Of a stretch of DNA of 64,000 nt, positions 48,901-57,966 are shown piece after piece (position 1 is the stretch's first letter; every line of letters begins with the position of its first letter). A program made the translations under genes and the position numbers. The notes under the pieces are model-generated. The model had not been told where the DNA came from. It searched no databases and saw only the letters and a program-made list of their open reading frames with translations. The DNA comes from Nannocystis bainbridge (lineage in GTDB: Bacteria; Myxococcota_A; Polyangia; Nannocystales; Nannocystaceae): positions 256,001-320,000 of the forward strand of contig NZ_JAQNDL010000002.1 of assembly GCF_028368995.1 (NCBI RefSeq). Direction: 5' to 3'.

Positions 48901-49955
48901 GGCGAGCTCGCAGGCGTGATGGGTGGCAGACGCCCCTCGGCGAGGCGAATGGTATCAGCGATCGTCGAGGCTTCGGGGCGATCGGGATCGCGCGCGTCGA
49001 CGCGTTCGAGGTCGATGTGCCACACCAGCGCGGCGGGGGAAGCTTCGCCGGGATGCAGTTCCAGGCGCACGCCGGCGGCCCCGTGGATCCGGTCGTCGAC
49101 GACCGGGAGGGACGCGGCGTGGCGCAGGCGGCCGTCGAGGTGATGCCGGGGGACGAAGTGGCGCGCGAGGTAGCGGACGTCGCGGGCGAGCTCGCGGCCG
49201 TCGGGGCCGACGAGGGCGGCGTGCACGGCGAGGCGGCGGAACAGGTCGCCGGTGGGGAAGGCGTGGCCGACGTCGCGGGTGCGCAGCTCGAGCTCGAGGG
49301 CGTCGCCGTCGCGCCGCGCGACGACCTCGAGCGCGCGCTGCATGGCCGCCGGATCGCGGGTGGAGGCGAAATCGTGGGCGGCGGCCGGCATGTGACAGTC
49401 GGCGCAGCTGCGATCGGCGTGCGGCGAGCGCTGGTGCTCGCGCATGGTGGTCTGCATCATGGTGCCGCGGGCCTGGGCGCTGCCGTCGGGGAAATCGAAC
49501 TCGTGGCAGGGGGCGCAGGCGCGGGTGGGGAAGGCAGGATCGCGGCGCAGGACGTGCGGGGCGTCGCTGCCGGCGCGGATGGCCGCGGTGACGATCGTCC
49601 CGGGGCCGCCGTGACAGTCGAGGCAGCCGACGCCGAGCAGCTCGGCGTCGGCGGCGGGCATGCGGGGGCGCGCAGGGGCGTGACAGTCGCGGCAGAAGGG
49701 GGTCGGCTCGCGGGCGTAGGAGCGCTGAAATTCGTCGTTGGTGAAGGCGGCGTGGTGCCGCGAGCGGGCCCAGGCGTCGGCGACTTCGGCGTGACAGGCG
49801 GCGCACTCGTCCTCGCGCGGCAGCCAGGTGATCGCGGGCTCGCGTGCGGGCGGGGCCCGGCGACCGTCACAGGCGGTCAGCAGCGCGACGAGCAGGACGA
49901 GGTGCGCGCGAGCGGCCAAGGCGGCGACGATAGCGGGCCGACGGGCGCTGCTCAA
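48897..49955 (-). CDS. Multihaem c-type cytochrome lipoprotein (c554-like, five CxxCH)
   Basis: CAACH, CRDCH, CLDCH, CAPCH, CADCH; GHAFPTGD; LTAC lipobox; start uncertain (TTG 49955 or ATG 49994). Confidence 0.85.
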   Translation of the reverse strand: MSSARRPAIVAALAARAHLVLLVALLTACDGRRAPPAREPAITWLPREDECAACHAEVADAWARSRHHAAFTNDEFQRSYAREPTPFCRDCHAPARPRMPAADAELLGVGCLDCHGGPGTIVTAAIRAGSDAPHVLRRDPAFPTRACAPCHEFDFPDGSAQARGTMMQTTMREHQRSPHADRSCADCHMPAAAHDFASTRDPAAMQRALEVVARRDGDALELELRTRDVGHAFPTGDLFRRLAVHAALVGPDGRELARDVRYLARHFVPRHHLDGRLRHAASLPVVDDRIHGAAGVRLELHPGEASPAALVWHIDLERVDARDPDRPEASTIADTIRLAEGRLPPITPASSP

Positions 49956-50078
49956 GGCGCTCGCACGAAGATTGACATAGGTCTCTTGGGACATGTCCCG
50001 AGAGTCCTATGTCGATTGTCGCTCGACCCCGGTGAATGGCCGGGGCGAGTGCGGACTCTTGGGGATGTCAGGCGCCGA

Positions 50079-51065
50079 TCAAAGCGCGGCGAAGAAGTCC
50101 CAGATCGCGGGGCCGGCCCAGTCGGGCCAGCCGTGGCCGCCGAGGTCGGGCTCGTCGTGCTGGCACCAATGCACGGGGAAGCCGGACGCACAATCGTCGT
50201 AGGCGACGCACGGGGCGGGATCGACGGGGGCGGTGGCTTCGCCGCAGGTGTTGGCGGCCAGCCAGTGGTCGCGCGCGCCCTCGCCTTGCGAGAGCGGGAC
50301 GGTGGTGTCGCCGGTGCCGTGGGCCAGCCAGGCGGCGACCTGGCCGCTGCAGGCGCCGAAGGGGCCGCCGCCGGCGACGGGGGCGATGGCGCGGACGATG
50401 CCGGCGCGGGCGCAGCCGAGGGTGTTGGACATGTAGCCGCCGAAGCTGTGGCCGGTGCTGAAGACGCGGGCCGGATCGATGCAGAGGCGGGCGCTGACGT
50501 CGGCGAGGATGGCGTCGAAGAGGGCGACGTCTTCGTTGGCGGGATCGAGGTCCCAGCCGGTCTGATTGTTCATGTCGGCGAGCGGGAGGCCGTCAGGGTA
50601 GACGAAGACGGCCTGGCCGGCGCTGGCCTCCTCGACTTTGAAATAGAGGCGCGCGAGCTCGCCGTTGCCGCCGCGGCCGTGCCAGGCGAACACCAGCGGA
50701 TAGGCGACGTCGGGGTCGTAGCCCTCGGGGACGACGAGGTCGTAGTCGCGCTGCATGCCGGCGGCGTCGATGGTCTGGGCCATGAGGCCGGTGAACGGCG
50801 GGGGCTGACCGCACGGGCCCGCGGGCGGGGCTTCGGTGGTGGTGCCTGGATCGGTGCCGGTAGTGGGGCCCGGATCGGTGCCGGTGGTGGTGCCCGGGGC
50901 GTCGGTGGTGGTCGGCGCGGGACCTGTGGTCTGGCCTTCGGGACCTGTGCTCGAGGACATGTTCCCGGAGGCATCCGTGACGCCGGCCGAGCTCATGGCG
51001 CCGCTGTCGGCGGCGGTGGAGCAGGCGAGGACAGGCAGGAGGAGGAGCGCGAGGCGGCGGCCCAT
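50079..51065 (-). CDS. Secreted esterase lipoprotein (PHB depolymerase/feruloyl esterase-like)
   Basis: LAC lipobox; YPLVFAWHG, VYPDG, GHSFGG nucleophile, HG.GDTTV, GHGWP. Confidence 0.85.
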   Translation of the reverse strand: MGRRLALLLLPVLACSTAADSGAMSSAGVTDASGNMSSSTGPEGQTTGPAPTTTDAPGTTTGTDPGPTTGTDPGTTTEAPPAGPCGQPPPFTGLMAQTIDAAGMQRDYDLVVPEGYDPDVAYPLVFAWHGRGGNGELARLYFKVEEASAGQAVFVYPDGLPLADMNNQTGWDLDPANEDVALFDAILADVSARLCIDPARVFSTGHSFGGYMSNTLGCARAGIVRAIAPVAGGGPFGACSGQVAAWLAHGTGDTTVPLSQGEGARDHWLAANTCGEATAPVDPAPCVAYDDCASGFPVHWCQHDEPDLGGHGWPDWAGPAIWDFFAAL

Positions 51066-51343
51066 GGCGGCCACGGTAACGCGAGCGGGGGCGCGGACGC
51101 CATCGGGTCGCGGAGGCCCGCCGAGGGGCGCGTGGGAGCGCAGAGGCACGGGTCGGGGGCTGCAGCCGCCCTGCGGCGGGTTTGCCGAGGAGCGCGGCGG
51201 GCGGGCTTGCGCACGGCGAGGGAGACCGGGTGGCGCCGGTGCGAGGGGCAGGCGGAGATCGGCGCGCGAAGAGGGATGAAGAGCGATGCGACGTCCCGCG
51301 AGTGATGGCCTGCGCGGAGCTCGAGCGGCGAGGCGAAGGTGCA

Positions 51344-51476
51344 GCGTGCGGCGCTGCTCGTGTCTTGCACGTGGGCCCGGGGGCGGCGTGCGGAGCAGCT
51401 CGTGTCTCGCACGTGGGCCCGGGGCGGCGTGCGGAGCTGCTCGTGTCTCGCACATGGGCCCGGGGGCGGCGTGCGG
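51344..51476. repeat. 41-42-bp tandem repeat, about 3 copies
   Basis: Units of GCGTGCGGAGC.GCTCGTGTCTCGCACGTGGGCCCGGGGGCG start at 51344, 51386, 51427, 51469. Confidence 0.9.
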
Positions 51477-51799
51477 GTCTCGTGAATCGTACGCGCGCTG
51501 CCGGGAGGCGGATGGGTTGTCGCTTGAAATTGCGTGCGAGCGGCGTGAACCTTTCGCGTGCAGCGGGCGTGGGTGAAGATCGGGTGGTTTTGGACCTGGT
51601 CGAAGGGTCAGGTCGTCGGTCGGGCGTGTGGAAAGTTCGATTGCGCCGGGCGGCGCGGTCTTTCATGCTCGAGGCTCGCAGCTGCGATTCGTCGTGATGT
51701 CGCTCTTTGCCAACCTCTCGCGGTCAAGGTCGAAGCCGATCGGGTCACGGCGTGGCGGGACAGGGCGTGGCGTCGCGGCGGCTGCGGAGGAGGTGAATC

Positions 51800-52513
51800 A
51801 TGGCATCGGTGACGGCAATGCTGAGCGAGGCGGTCGCGAAGTTGTTCTGCGACGAATGGACGATCGCCGGGGTGCGCCAGGTGTCGCAGCATTTCCGCCG
51901 GCTCGACCTGTCGGGCGAGGCGCTGCGCAAGCCCCACGGCGCCGGCGACAAGGTGCAGGTGATGATCTCCGGCACGGGGCCGCGCACGTACACGCCGTTT
52001 TCGCATCGCCCGGAGCAGGGGGCGGTGTCGCTGCTGGTGTATCTGCACGGCGAGGAGCCAGGGGCGCGGTGGGGCCGCGAGGCGGCCGTGGGCGCGCGGG
52101 TGCGGGTGTTCGGGCCGCGCGGGTCGCTGCCGTTCGCGTCGCTGGGGTCGTCGGTGGTGCTGTTCGGCGACGAGACTTCGTTCGCGGCCGCGCGCGCGCT
52201 CCGGGAGCTGCGCGGGGCCGCGGCGCCGCTGGCGTTCGTGTTCGAGGTGACGGACCCGGCGGAGTCGGAGGCGGTGCTGGCCGAGCTCGACGTGGGGCCG
52301 CACGCGCTGGTCCGACGCGGGGCCGATCACCTGGCGGAGGTCGAGCGGCAGGTTCGCGCGGCGCTGGCCCGCCACGCAGGCGCCGACCTGGTGCTCTGCG
52401 GGAACGCGCGATCGATCCAGTCGCTGCGGGCCGCGCTCAAGGCCGACCCGCCGCCGCACGGGCGGCAAAAAGTGAAGGCGTACTGGTCACCGGGCAAGCG
52501 CGGGCTCGATTGA
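51800..52513 (+). CDS. Siderophore-interacting protein-like FAD-binding reductase
   Basis: RTYTP, PGARW, GPRGS, FGDETS, KAYW; GGAGG RBS. Confidence 0.8.
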   Translation: MASVTAMLSEAVAKLFCDEWTIAGVRQVSQHFRRLDLSGEALRKPHGAGDKVQVMISGTGPRTYTPFSHRPEQGAVSLLVYLHGEEPGARWGREAAVGARVRVFGPRGSLPFASLGSSVVLFGDETSFAAARALRELRGAAAPLAFVFEVTDPAESEAVLAELDVGPHALVRRGADHLAEVERQVRAALARHAGADLVLCGNARSIQSLRAALKADPPPHGRQKVKAYWSPGKRGLD

Positions 52514-52585
52514 GGCGAGGGGCCGCGCTTGCTCGCCCCGTGGATGCGGCGCCTGCGGGGCGCGCGATGGTCTATCGTGGCGGCG

Positions 52586-52798
52586 ATGGCCGACCGCGAC
52601 GTCGAACGCAACTGCAGCCCCGAGACCTTCGTCGAGACCCTGCGCCGCCTTGCCGACGCGATCGAGCGCGGAGAGGCGTTCCGGATCCAGGTGGCAGGGG
52701 CCCGCTTCAACGTGCCGCGCGACGCGGCGCTGTCGATCGAGCACGAGGTGTCCGGCGACGAGGAAGAGCTCGAGCTGCAGCTGCGCTGGCGGCGGTGA
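52586..52798 (+). CDS. Amphi-Trp domain protein
   Basis: LRRLADAIE.G..FRIQVAG..SIEHE..EEELELQLRW. Confidence 0.8.
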   Translation: MADRDVERNCSPETFVETLRRLADAIERGEAFRIQVAGARFNVPRDAALSIEHEVSGDEEELELQLRWRR

Positions 52799-52831
52799 GC
52801 CGGGCCTGCATGCGGGCCTGAGCGCGCCTGC

Positions 52832-52989
52832 GGGGATGTCCTTGCGGACATGCTCGGTAGAGCGTGTCCGGAAAGGGCGGCGATGCGGGGCGACGAAGGC
52901 GGCCCCATGCGGCATGGTCCAAGGGACATGCTCGCGGGGACAGGGCCTTTGCGGCATGTCGCACAGGACATGCCGCAAAGGTCAGGCCG
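52832..52989. repeat. 14-bp phased TGTCC-N4-GGACA array (3+6 cores)
   Basis: Cores at 52835, 52849, 52863 and 52913, 52927, 52941, 52955, 52969, 52983. Confidence 0.85.
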
Positions 52990-53721
52990 TCACGGCTTGA
53001 CGGCGATCCGGCCGGTGTAGTCGATGCGGTGGAGCAGCGGGGCCCCGCCGTGCGCGGCGAAGTAGCCGTCGACGGCCTCGCGAGCGCCGCGCCAGTGGCC
53101 GTAGTCGTCGACGATGAGGACGCCGCCGCGGGCGAGGCGGGGGTAGAGGTGCTCGAGCTCGTGGCGGGTCGACTCGAACCAGTCGGTGTCGAGGCGGAGG
53201 ATGGCGATGGCGTCGGGGATGGTGGCGGGGATGGTGTCCTCGACCTTGCCCTTGACGAAATGCACGTGCGCCTGCGGGTAGCCGGTGGTGGCGAGGCTGG
53301 CGGTGGCGTCGGCGAGGCTGTTGGCGCAGAAGACCTTGTGGTCGGTGCCCTTGATCTTGTCCCAGTCGCCGAGCGGGCTCTGATCCTTGAACGAGACGTC
53401 GCGGGCGGTCGGCTCGCTCATGCCCTCGTAGGTGTCGTAGAGGTAGAGGTGACGCTCGCGCTCGCCGAGCTCCTGGAAGCCGAGAGCGGCGACCATGGCG
53501 CTGCCGCCCTTCCACACGCCGCACTCGACGAAATCGCCGGCGATGCCGGCGCGGTGGACGTGACGCACGGCCTGGTAGAGCGCGTACATGCGCTCGGTCG
53601 AGGTCATGGTGTACGGCCGGGCGCGGTCGTGGATGGCGCGAAAGCCAGGTTCGAAGTCGGGGTACTGCTGGCGCCAGCGGCGGTCGTCGCGGAGGCGGCG
53701 GAGGCGATCGAGGAGCGTCAC
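52990..53721 (-). CDS. TylF/MycF/NovP-family O-methyltransferase
   Basis: YTMTS.ER, GDFVECGVWKGG, YDTYEG, ILRLDTDWFES, GGVLIVDDYG; probable GTG start. Confidence 0.9.
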   Translation of the reverse strand: MTLLDRLRRLRDDRRWRQQYPDFEPGFRAIHDRARPYTMTSTERMYALYQAVRHVHRAGIAGDFVECGVWKGGSAMVAALGFQELGERERHLYLYDTYEGMSEPTARDVSFKDQSPLGDWDKIKGTDHKVFCANSLADATASLATTGYPQAHVHFVKGKVEDTIPATIPDAIAILRLDTDWFESTRHELEHLYPRLARGGVLIVDDYGHWRGAREAVDGYFAAHGGAPLLHRIDYTGRIAVKP

Positions 53722-53765
53722 GGGTGGCGCGGAGGGTAGCAGGACGAGGCGTGGGCGCGGATGCG

Positions 53766-54179
53766 TTAGGTCTCTTCGACCAGGCGCAGCCGCGGGCCGC
53801 GGTCCATCAGCTCGCAGAAGCGGCGGACCGCGCCCTGGAGGGCGGCGACGCAGCGCTCGAACACGAGGCGGAAGTCGCCCTCGGCGGCGAGGAACAGCTC
53901 GGCGGCGGCCTGCATGTCGTCGTGCTGCGGGTAGAGCTTGACGACCTTGAACTCGGCGGTCACCTCGGCAGCGGCGATCCGCGCCCAGTGGCGCTCGGCC
54001 TCGCTCTCGAGGCCCCAGAAGTTGGGGAACACCAGGCGGAAGTACAGCGGGTCGTCGTCGTCGACGGTGAGGCAGTAGAAGCGGCCCTCGCACTTGAACA
54101 CGAGGTCGCCGGCGTCGTCGGCGACGGGCCGGAAGCCCTCGGCGCGCAGGAACTCGGCGTAAACCTCCGCCTGGCTCAT
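53766..54179 (-). CDS. YbjN-like (T3SS-chaperone fold) small protein
   Basis: FLRAEGFRP..DDAGDLVFKCEG..YFRLVFPNFW. Confidence 0.65.
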   Translation of the reverse strand: MSQAEVYAEFLRAEGFRPVADDAGDLVFKCEGRFYCLTVDDDDPLYFRLVFPNFWGLESEAERHWARIAAAEVTAEFKVVKLYPQHDDMQAAAELFLAAEGDFRLVFERCVAALQGAVRRFCELMDRGPRLRLVEET

Positions 54180-54268
54180 GCGCGCAGGATACCCCGCGCG
54201 GCGGAGGGGCGGCAACGCTGGCGCGAGCGCGGCGAATTGCGGGCGCTCATACGCGGGACGGCTTGCTT

Positions 54269-55108
54269 TCAGCGCGGCGCGTGGTGCAAGACCGTCGGCT
54301 CGGGCAAGATCTGGCGCAGGTACGCGTCGGCGAGCATGCCGGACCGTTGCTCGCGCGGGTAGCCGAGCGAGCACTCCTCGAAGCGCACGCCGTCGATCCA
54401 GTCGGTGCGCCGGGTGTGAAGGTGGCCGCTGACGACCACGCGCGCGCCGTAGCGGCGGTGCCAGTCGTGCGTGGCGAGCGTGCCGCACCACGGGCGGTAC
54501 CGCGGCACGCGCGGGATGAAGATGAGGTCGTCGCGCAGCGGCCAGTGATTGACGAGGACGGTCGGGTGCGCCTGCGATCGCTCGAGCCGCGCGGCGGCCG
54601 TGCTCACGCGCGCGGCGGACCAGGCGGCGATGTCGGGGAACGGGGCGGGATCGAGGCGCGATTCGTCGGCGGCGACGACGCCGTCCTCGGCGGCCCAGGC
54701 GATCGCGCCGGCGCGGTCGAGGCCGGGCGGGGCGAAGCCGTAGTCGTAGAGCAGCGCGAGCAAGGCGATGGTGTGCGGGCCGCCGTCGCCGGGCCACACG
54801 GGCCACTCGTCGTCGACGCCGACGACGCCGCGCGCGCGGCACAGCTCGCCGAGCGCGGCCAGCTTGTCGGCGCCGCCGAGGCGGACGCCCCGCTCCTCGG
54901 AGGTCCACAGCTCGTGGTTGCCGGGCACCCACAACAGCCGGGCGAACCGCGGCTGCAGCAGGTCGAAGGCCCACTGCATGTGATCGCCGGTCTCGCCGAT
55001 GTCGCCGCCGACGATGAGCCAGTCATCTGGCTTTGGGGACAGGTGGACGAGCAGCTCGCGGTTGCGGCGGTGACCGACGTGGAGATCGCTGAGGGCCCAG
55101 AGCTTCAT
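54269..55108 (-). CDS. Calcineurin-like metallophosphoesterase
   Basis: SDLH, GGD, PGNHE, NHWP, GHLH. Confidence 0.9.
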   Translation of the reverse strand: MKLWALSDLHVGHRRNRELLVHLSPKPDDWLIVGGDIGETGDHMQWAFDLLQPRFARLLWVPGNHELWTSEERGVRLGGADKLAALGELCRARGVVGVDDEWPVWPGDGGPHTIALLALLYDYGFAPPGLDRAGAIAWAAEDGVVAADESRLDPAPFPDIAAWSAARVSTAAARLERSQAHPTVLVNHWPLRDDLIFIPRVPRYRPWCGTLATHDWHRRYGARVVVSGHLHTRRTDWIDGVRFEECSLGYPREQRSGMLADAYLRQILPEPTVLHHAPR

Positions 55109-55276
55109 GCGGGCGCCGGCAGGCTAAGGCGGCGAGCGCGAGCTTTCAAGCGCGCGCGGGAGGGCGGAAGGGCCGCAGGGCGGCGGCGAACCCCGACCAA
55201 GGTCGGGTCCGCCGGCGCGTGCGTCGAGCGCCGCGGCCCGGGCGAGGCCGCGCGTTCGCGGTATGCTGCGCGGCGC

Positions 55277-56944
55277 ATGACGACCCTCCCCAACGATCCG
55301 TCGGCCCAGCGGCGCGAGGCGACCTTCCCGCGGCTCACCGAGGCGCAACAGCACCGGCTGTGTCGCTACGGCCGCCGCCGCCCGATGCGGGCCGGCGAGA
55401 TCGTGTTCGAGCACGGCGAGACGGGCACCAATTTCTTCGTGATCCTGTCGGGCACGCTCGAGGTGGTGCAGCCGGGCTACGACGGGGTCGAGCACCCGGT
55501 GGTGATCCACGAGGCGGGCCAGTTCACCGGCGAGATCAACATGCTGACCGGGCGCCCGAGCCTGGTGCGCGCGCGGGTCGGGGCGCCGGGCGAGGTGCTG
55601 GAGATCGATCGGGAGGGGCTGCGCCACATCGTCCAGGTCGAGGCGGAGGTCGGCGAGCTGTTGATGCGCGCGTTCATCCTCCGCCGCGTCAGCCTGATCG
55701 CCCACAACGCCAGCGACGCGGTGCTGGTCGGGTCGGTGCACTCGCCGGCGACGCTGCGGTTGAAGGAGTTCCTGACGCGCAACGGCCACCCGTTCTCGTA
55801 CATCGACGTCGAGCGCGACGCGGACGTCGCGGGGCTGCTCGAGCAGTTCCAGGTGGCGGTCGACGAGGTGCCGGTGATCATCTGCCGCGGCAATCAGGTG
55901 CTGCGGAACCCGACGACGGAGGAGGTGGCGCGCTGCCTCGGCTTCAACGCGGACGTCGATCGCAGCGTGCTGCGCGACGTGGTGGTGATCGGGGCCGGGC
56001 CGGCGGGGCTGGCGGCGGCGGTGTACGCGGCGTCGGAGGGGCTCGACGTGCTGGTGATCGAGCGCAACGCGCCGGGCGGGCAGGCGGGCTCGTCGTCGAA
56101 GATCGAGAACTACCTGGGCTTTCCGACAGGTATTTCGGGACAGGCGCTGGCCGGGCGGGCGCTGACGCAGGCGCAGAAGTTCGGGGCCCACGTGGCGGTG
56201 GCGATGTCGGCGGTGCGGCTCGACTGCTCGCGCACGCCGTACGTGGTGGAGCTGGAGGGGCAGGGCTCGGTGCAGGCGCGGGCGATCATCCTGGCGACCG
56301 GGGCGCAGTACCGCCGGCTCGGGGTGCCGGACCTGAGCCGCTTCGAGGGCGACGGGGTCTACTACGGGGCGACGCAGATGGAGGCGCAGCTGTGCTCGGG
56401 CGAGGAGGTGATCGTGGTCGGCGGCGGCAACTCGGCCGGGCAGGCGGCGGTGTTCCTGGCCGAGACGGTGCGCCACGTGCACGTGCTGGTGCGCTCGAGC
56501 GGGCTGGCCGACAGCATGTCGCGCTACCTGATCCGCCGGATCGAGGAGCACCCGAAGATCACGCTGCGGCCGTTCACGGAGATCGTCGAGATGACCGGCG
56601 AGACGAGCCTGCAGCAGGTGCGGTGGGTCAACCGCAAGGACGGGACGAGCGAGACGCGCCCGATCCGCCACGTGTTCTCGATGGCGGGCGCGCGCCCGAA
56701 CACGGGCTGGCTCGAGGGCTGCGTGGCGCTGGACCCGGCGGGGTTCGTCAAGACCGGGCCGGACGTGACGGCGGAGGAGCTGGCCCCGCGGCCGTGGCGA
56801 CGCGCTCCGTACCTGCTCGAGACGAGCCTGCCCAACGTGTTCGCGGTCGGCGATGTGCGCTCGGGCAACGTCAAGCGCGTGGCGTCGGCGGTCGGCGAGG
56901 GCTCGATCTGCGTGCAGATGGTCCACCGCGCGCTGGCAGAGTGA
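55277..56944 (+). CDS. Cyclic-nucleotide-binding / thioredoxin-reductase-like FAD oxidoreductase
   Basis: cNMP domain (GE..FFVILSG..GQFTGE); GAGPAG, IENYLGFP, GGGNSAGQ, FAVGDVR. Confidence 0.9.
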   Translation: MTTLPNDPSAQRREATFPRLTEAQQHRLCRYGRRRPMRAGEIVFEHGETGTNFFVILSGTLEVVQPGYDGVEHPVVIHEAGQFTGEINMLTGRPSLVRARVGAPGEVLEIDREGLRHIVQVEAEVGELLMRAFILRRVSLIAHNASDAVLVGSVHSPATLRLKEFLTRNGHPFSYIDVERDADVAGLLEQFQVAVDEVPVIICRGNQVLRNPTTEEVARCLGFNADVDRSVLRDVVVIGAGPAGLAAAVYAASEGLDVLVIERNAPGGQAGSSSKIENYLGFPTGISGQALAGRALTQAQKFGAHVAVAMSAVRLDCSRTPYVVELEGQGSVQARAIILATGAQYRRLGVPDLSRFEGDGVYYGATQMEAQLCSGEEVIVVGGGNSAGQAAVFLAETVRHVHVLVRSSGLADSMSRYLIRRIEEHPKITLRPFTEIVEMTGETSLQQVRWVNRKDGTSETRPIRHVFSMAGARPNTGWLEGCVALDPAGFVKTGPDVTAEELAPRPWRRAPYLLETSLPNVFAVGDVRSGNVKRVASAVGEGSICVQMVHRALAE

Positions 56945-56973
56945 GACAGGCAGGGCAAAAACGGAGATCGATC

Positions 56974-57243
56974 ATGGCGAACGAGACTTGTGACCACCTC
57001 GACCAAATCCACGATGTCCGCCCGCACACCCGCGGCTGCGAGGAGTGCCTGAAGCTCGGCGACGAATGGGTGCACCTGCGCCTTTGCATGTCCTGCGGGA
57101 AGGTCGGCTGCTGCGATTCGTCGAAGAACAAGCACGCGACGGCGCATTTTCAGCAGACGCAGCACGCGATCGTGCGCTCGCTCGAGCCGGGTGAGCGGTG
57201 GTTCTGGTGCTACGTGGACGAGGTCGGGTTCGAGGCGGAGTGA
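56974..57243 (+). CDS. UBP-type zinc finger protein
   Basis: CDH..CEEC..WVHLRLCMSCGKVGCCDSS..HA..H..WFWCY. Confidence 0.9.
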   Translation: MANETCDHLDQIHDVRPHTRGCEECLKLGDEWVHLRLCMSCGKVGCCDSSKNKHATAHFQQTQHAIVRSLEPGERWFWCYVDEVGFEAE

Positions 57244-57276
57244 GGCGAGGCGCGGCGGAGGCCCAGCCGCGCGGCG

Positions 57277-57906
57277 TCACAGGGCGAAGACTTCGAGGTT
57301 GTCGAAGAACACCCGGGCCTCCCAGCCGCCGAAGGCGAAGTGGCGCTGGGCGGGGCCGCTGAGCGGCTCGGGGTCGTCGTAGCGGAGGGCCTCCTGGCCG
57401 TCGAGCTCCCAGGTGATGCCGCCGTCGCGGCGGGTGACGGCGAAGTGGTAGCGCTTGCCGGCCTCGACCTTGAGCGCCTGGGTGGTCTTGCGATCGCCGC
57501 CGTGCTCGTCGCGGCGGACGATGGCGCTGGTGGTGTTGTTCCAGCCGCCGAAGATGACGACGTAACCAGTGGCGGTGTAGCTGGCGCTGCGGGCGAAGCT
57601 CTTGCCGTCGCCGGCGAGCTCGATCTTGATGTCACCCTCGTCGGTGGCGGCGCGGGCGTCGAACTCGATGCGCACGTTGTCGGGCAGCGGGAGGGTCAGC
57701 CAGAGCGGGTGGTTGCGCAGGCCCTCGATGACGAGCTCGCCAGCCTCGATGCGAGCGCCGGGGCCGGTCGATTTCCAGGAGTCGCCGAGCTCGGGGCCGT
57801 CGAAGCGGTCGGCGAACAGGAGCTGGGCGGGGCCGGCGCTGCTGTAGGTGCGGGGCAGCTCCTCGCAGGCGAGCAAGAGCAGGGCGAGGGGGGCGAGGCG
57901 GCGCAT
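57277..57906 (-). CDS. Lipoprotein with ConA/lectin-like beta-sandwich
   Basis: LLAC lipobox; LFADRF..W, RIEFDA, VFFDNLEV. Confidence 0.7.
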   Translation of the reverse strand: MRRLAPLALLLLACEELPRTYSSAGPAQLLFADRFDGPELGDSWKSTGPGARIEAGELVIEGLRNHPLWLTLPLPDNVRIEFDARAATDEGDIKIELAGDGKSFARSASYTATGYVVIFGGWNNTTSAIVRRDEHGGDRKTTQALKVEAGKRYHFAVTRRDGGITWELDGQEALRYDDPEPLSGPAQRHFAFGGWEARVFFDNLEVFAL

Positions 57907-57914
57907 GGCGAGAG

Positions 57915-57966
57915 GGACAGGTCCGATAGGCAAGGTCGAAAGGGACATGTGCGAAGCGCCAGGTCA
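57915..57966. repeat. 14-bp phased array (4 cores)
   Basis: Cores at 57918, 57932, 57946, 57960, filling the kinase-lipoprotein spacer. Confidence 0.7.
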
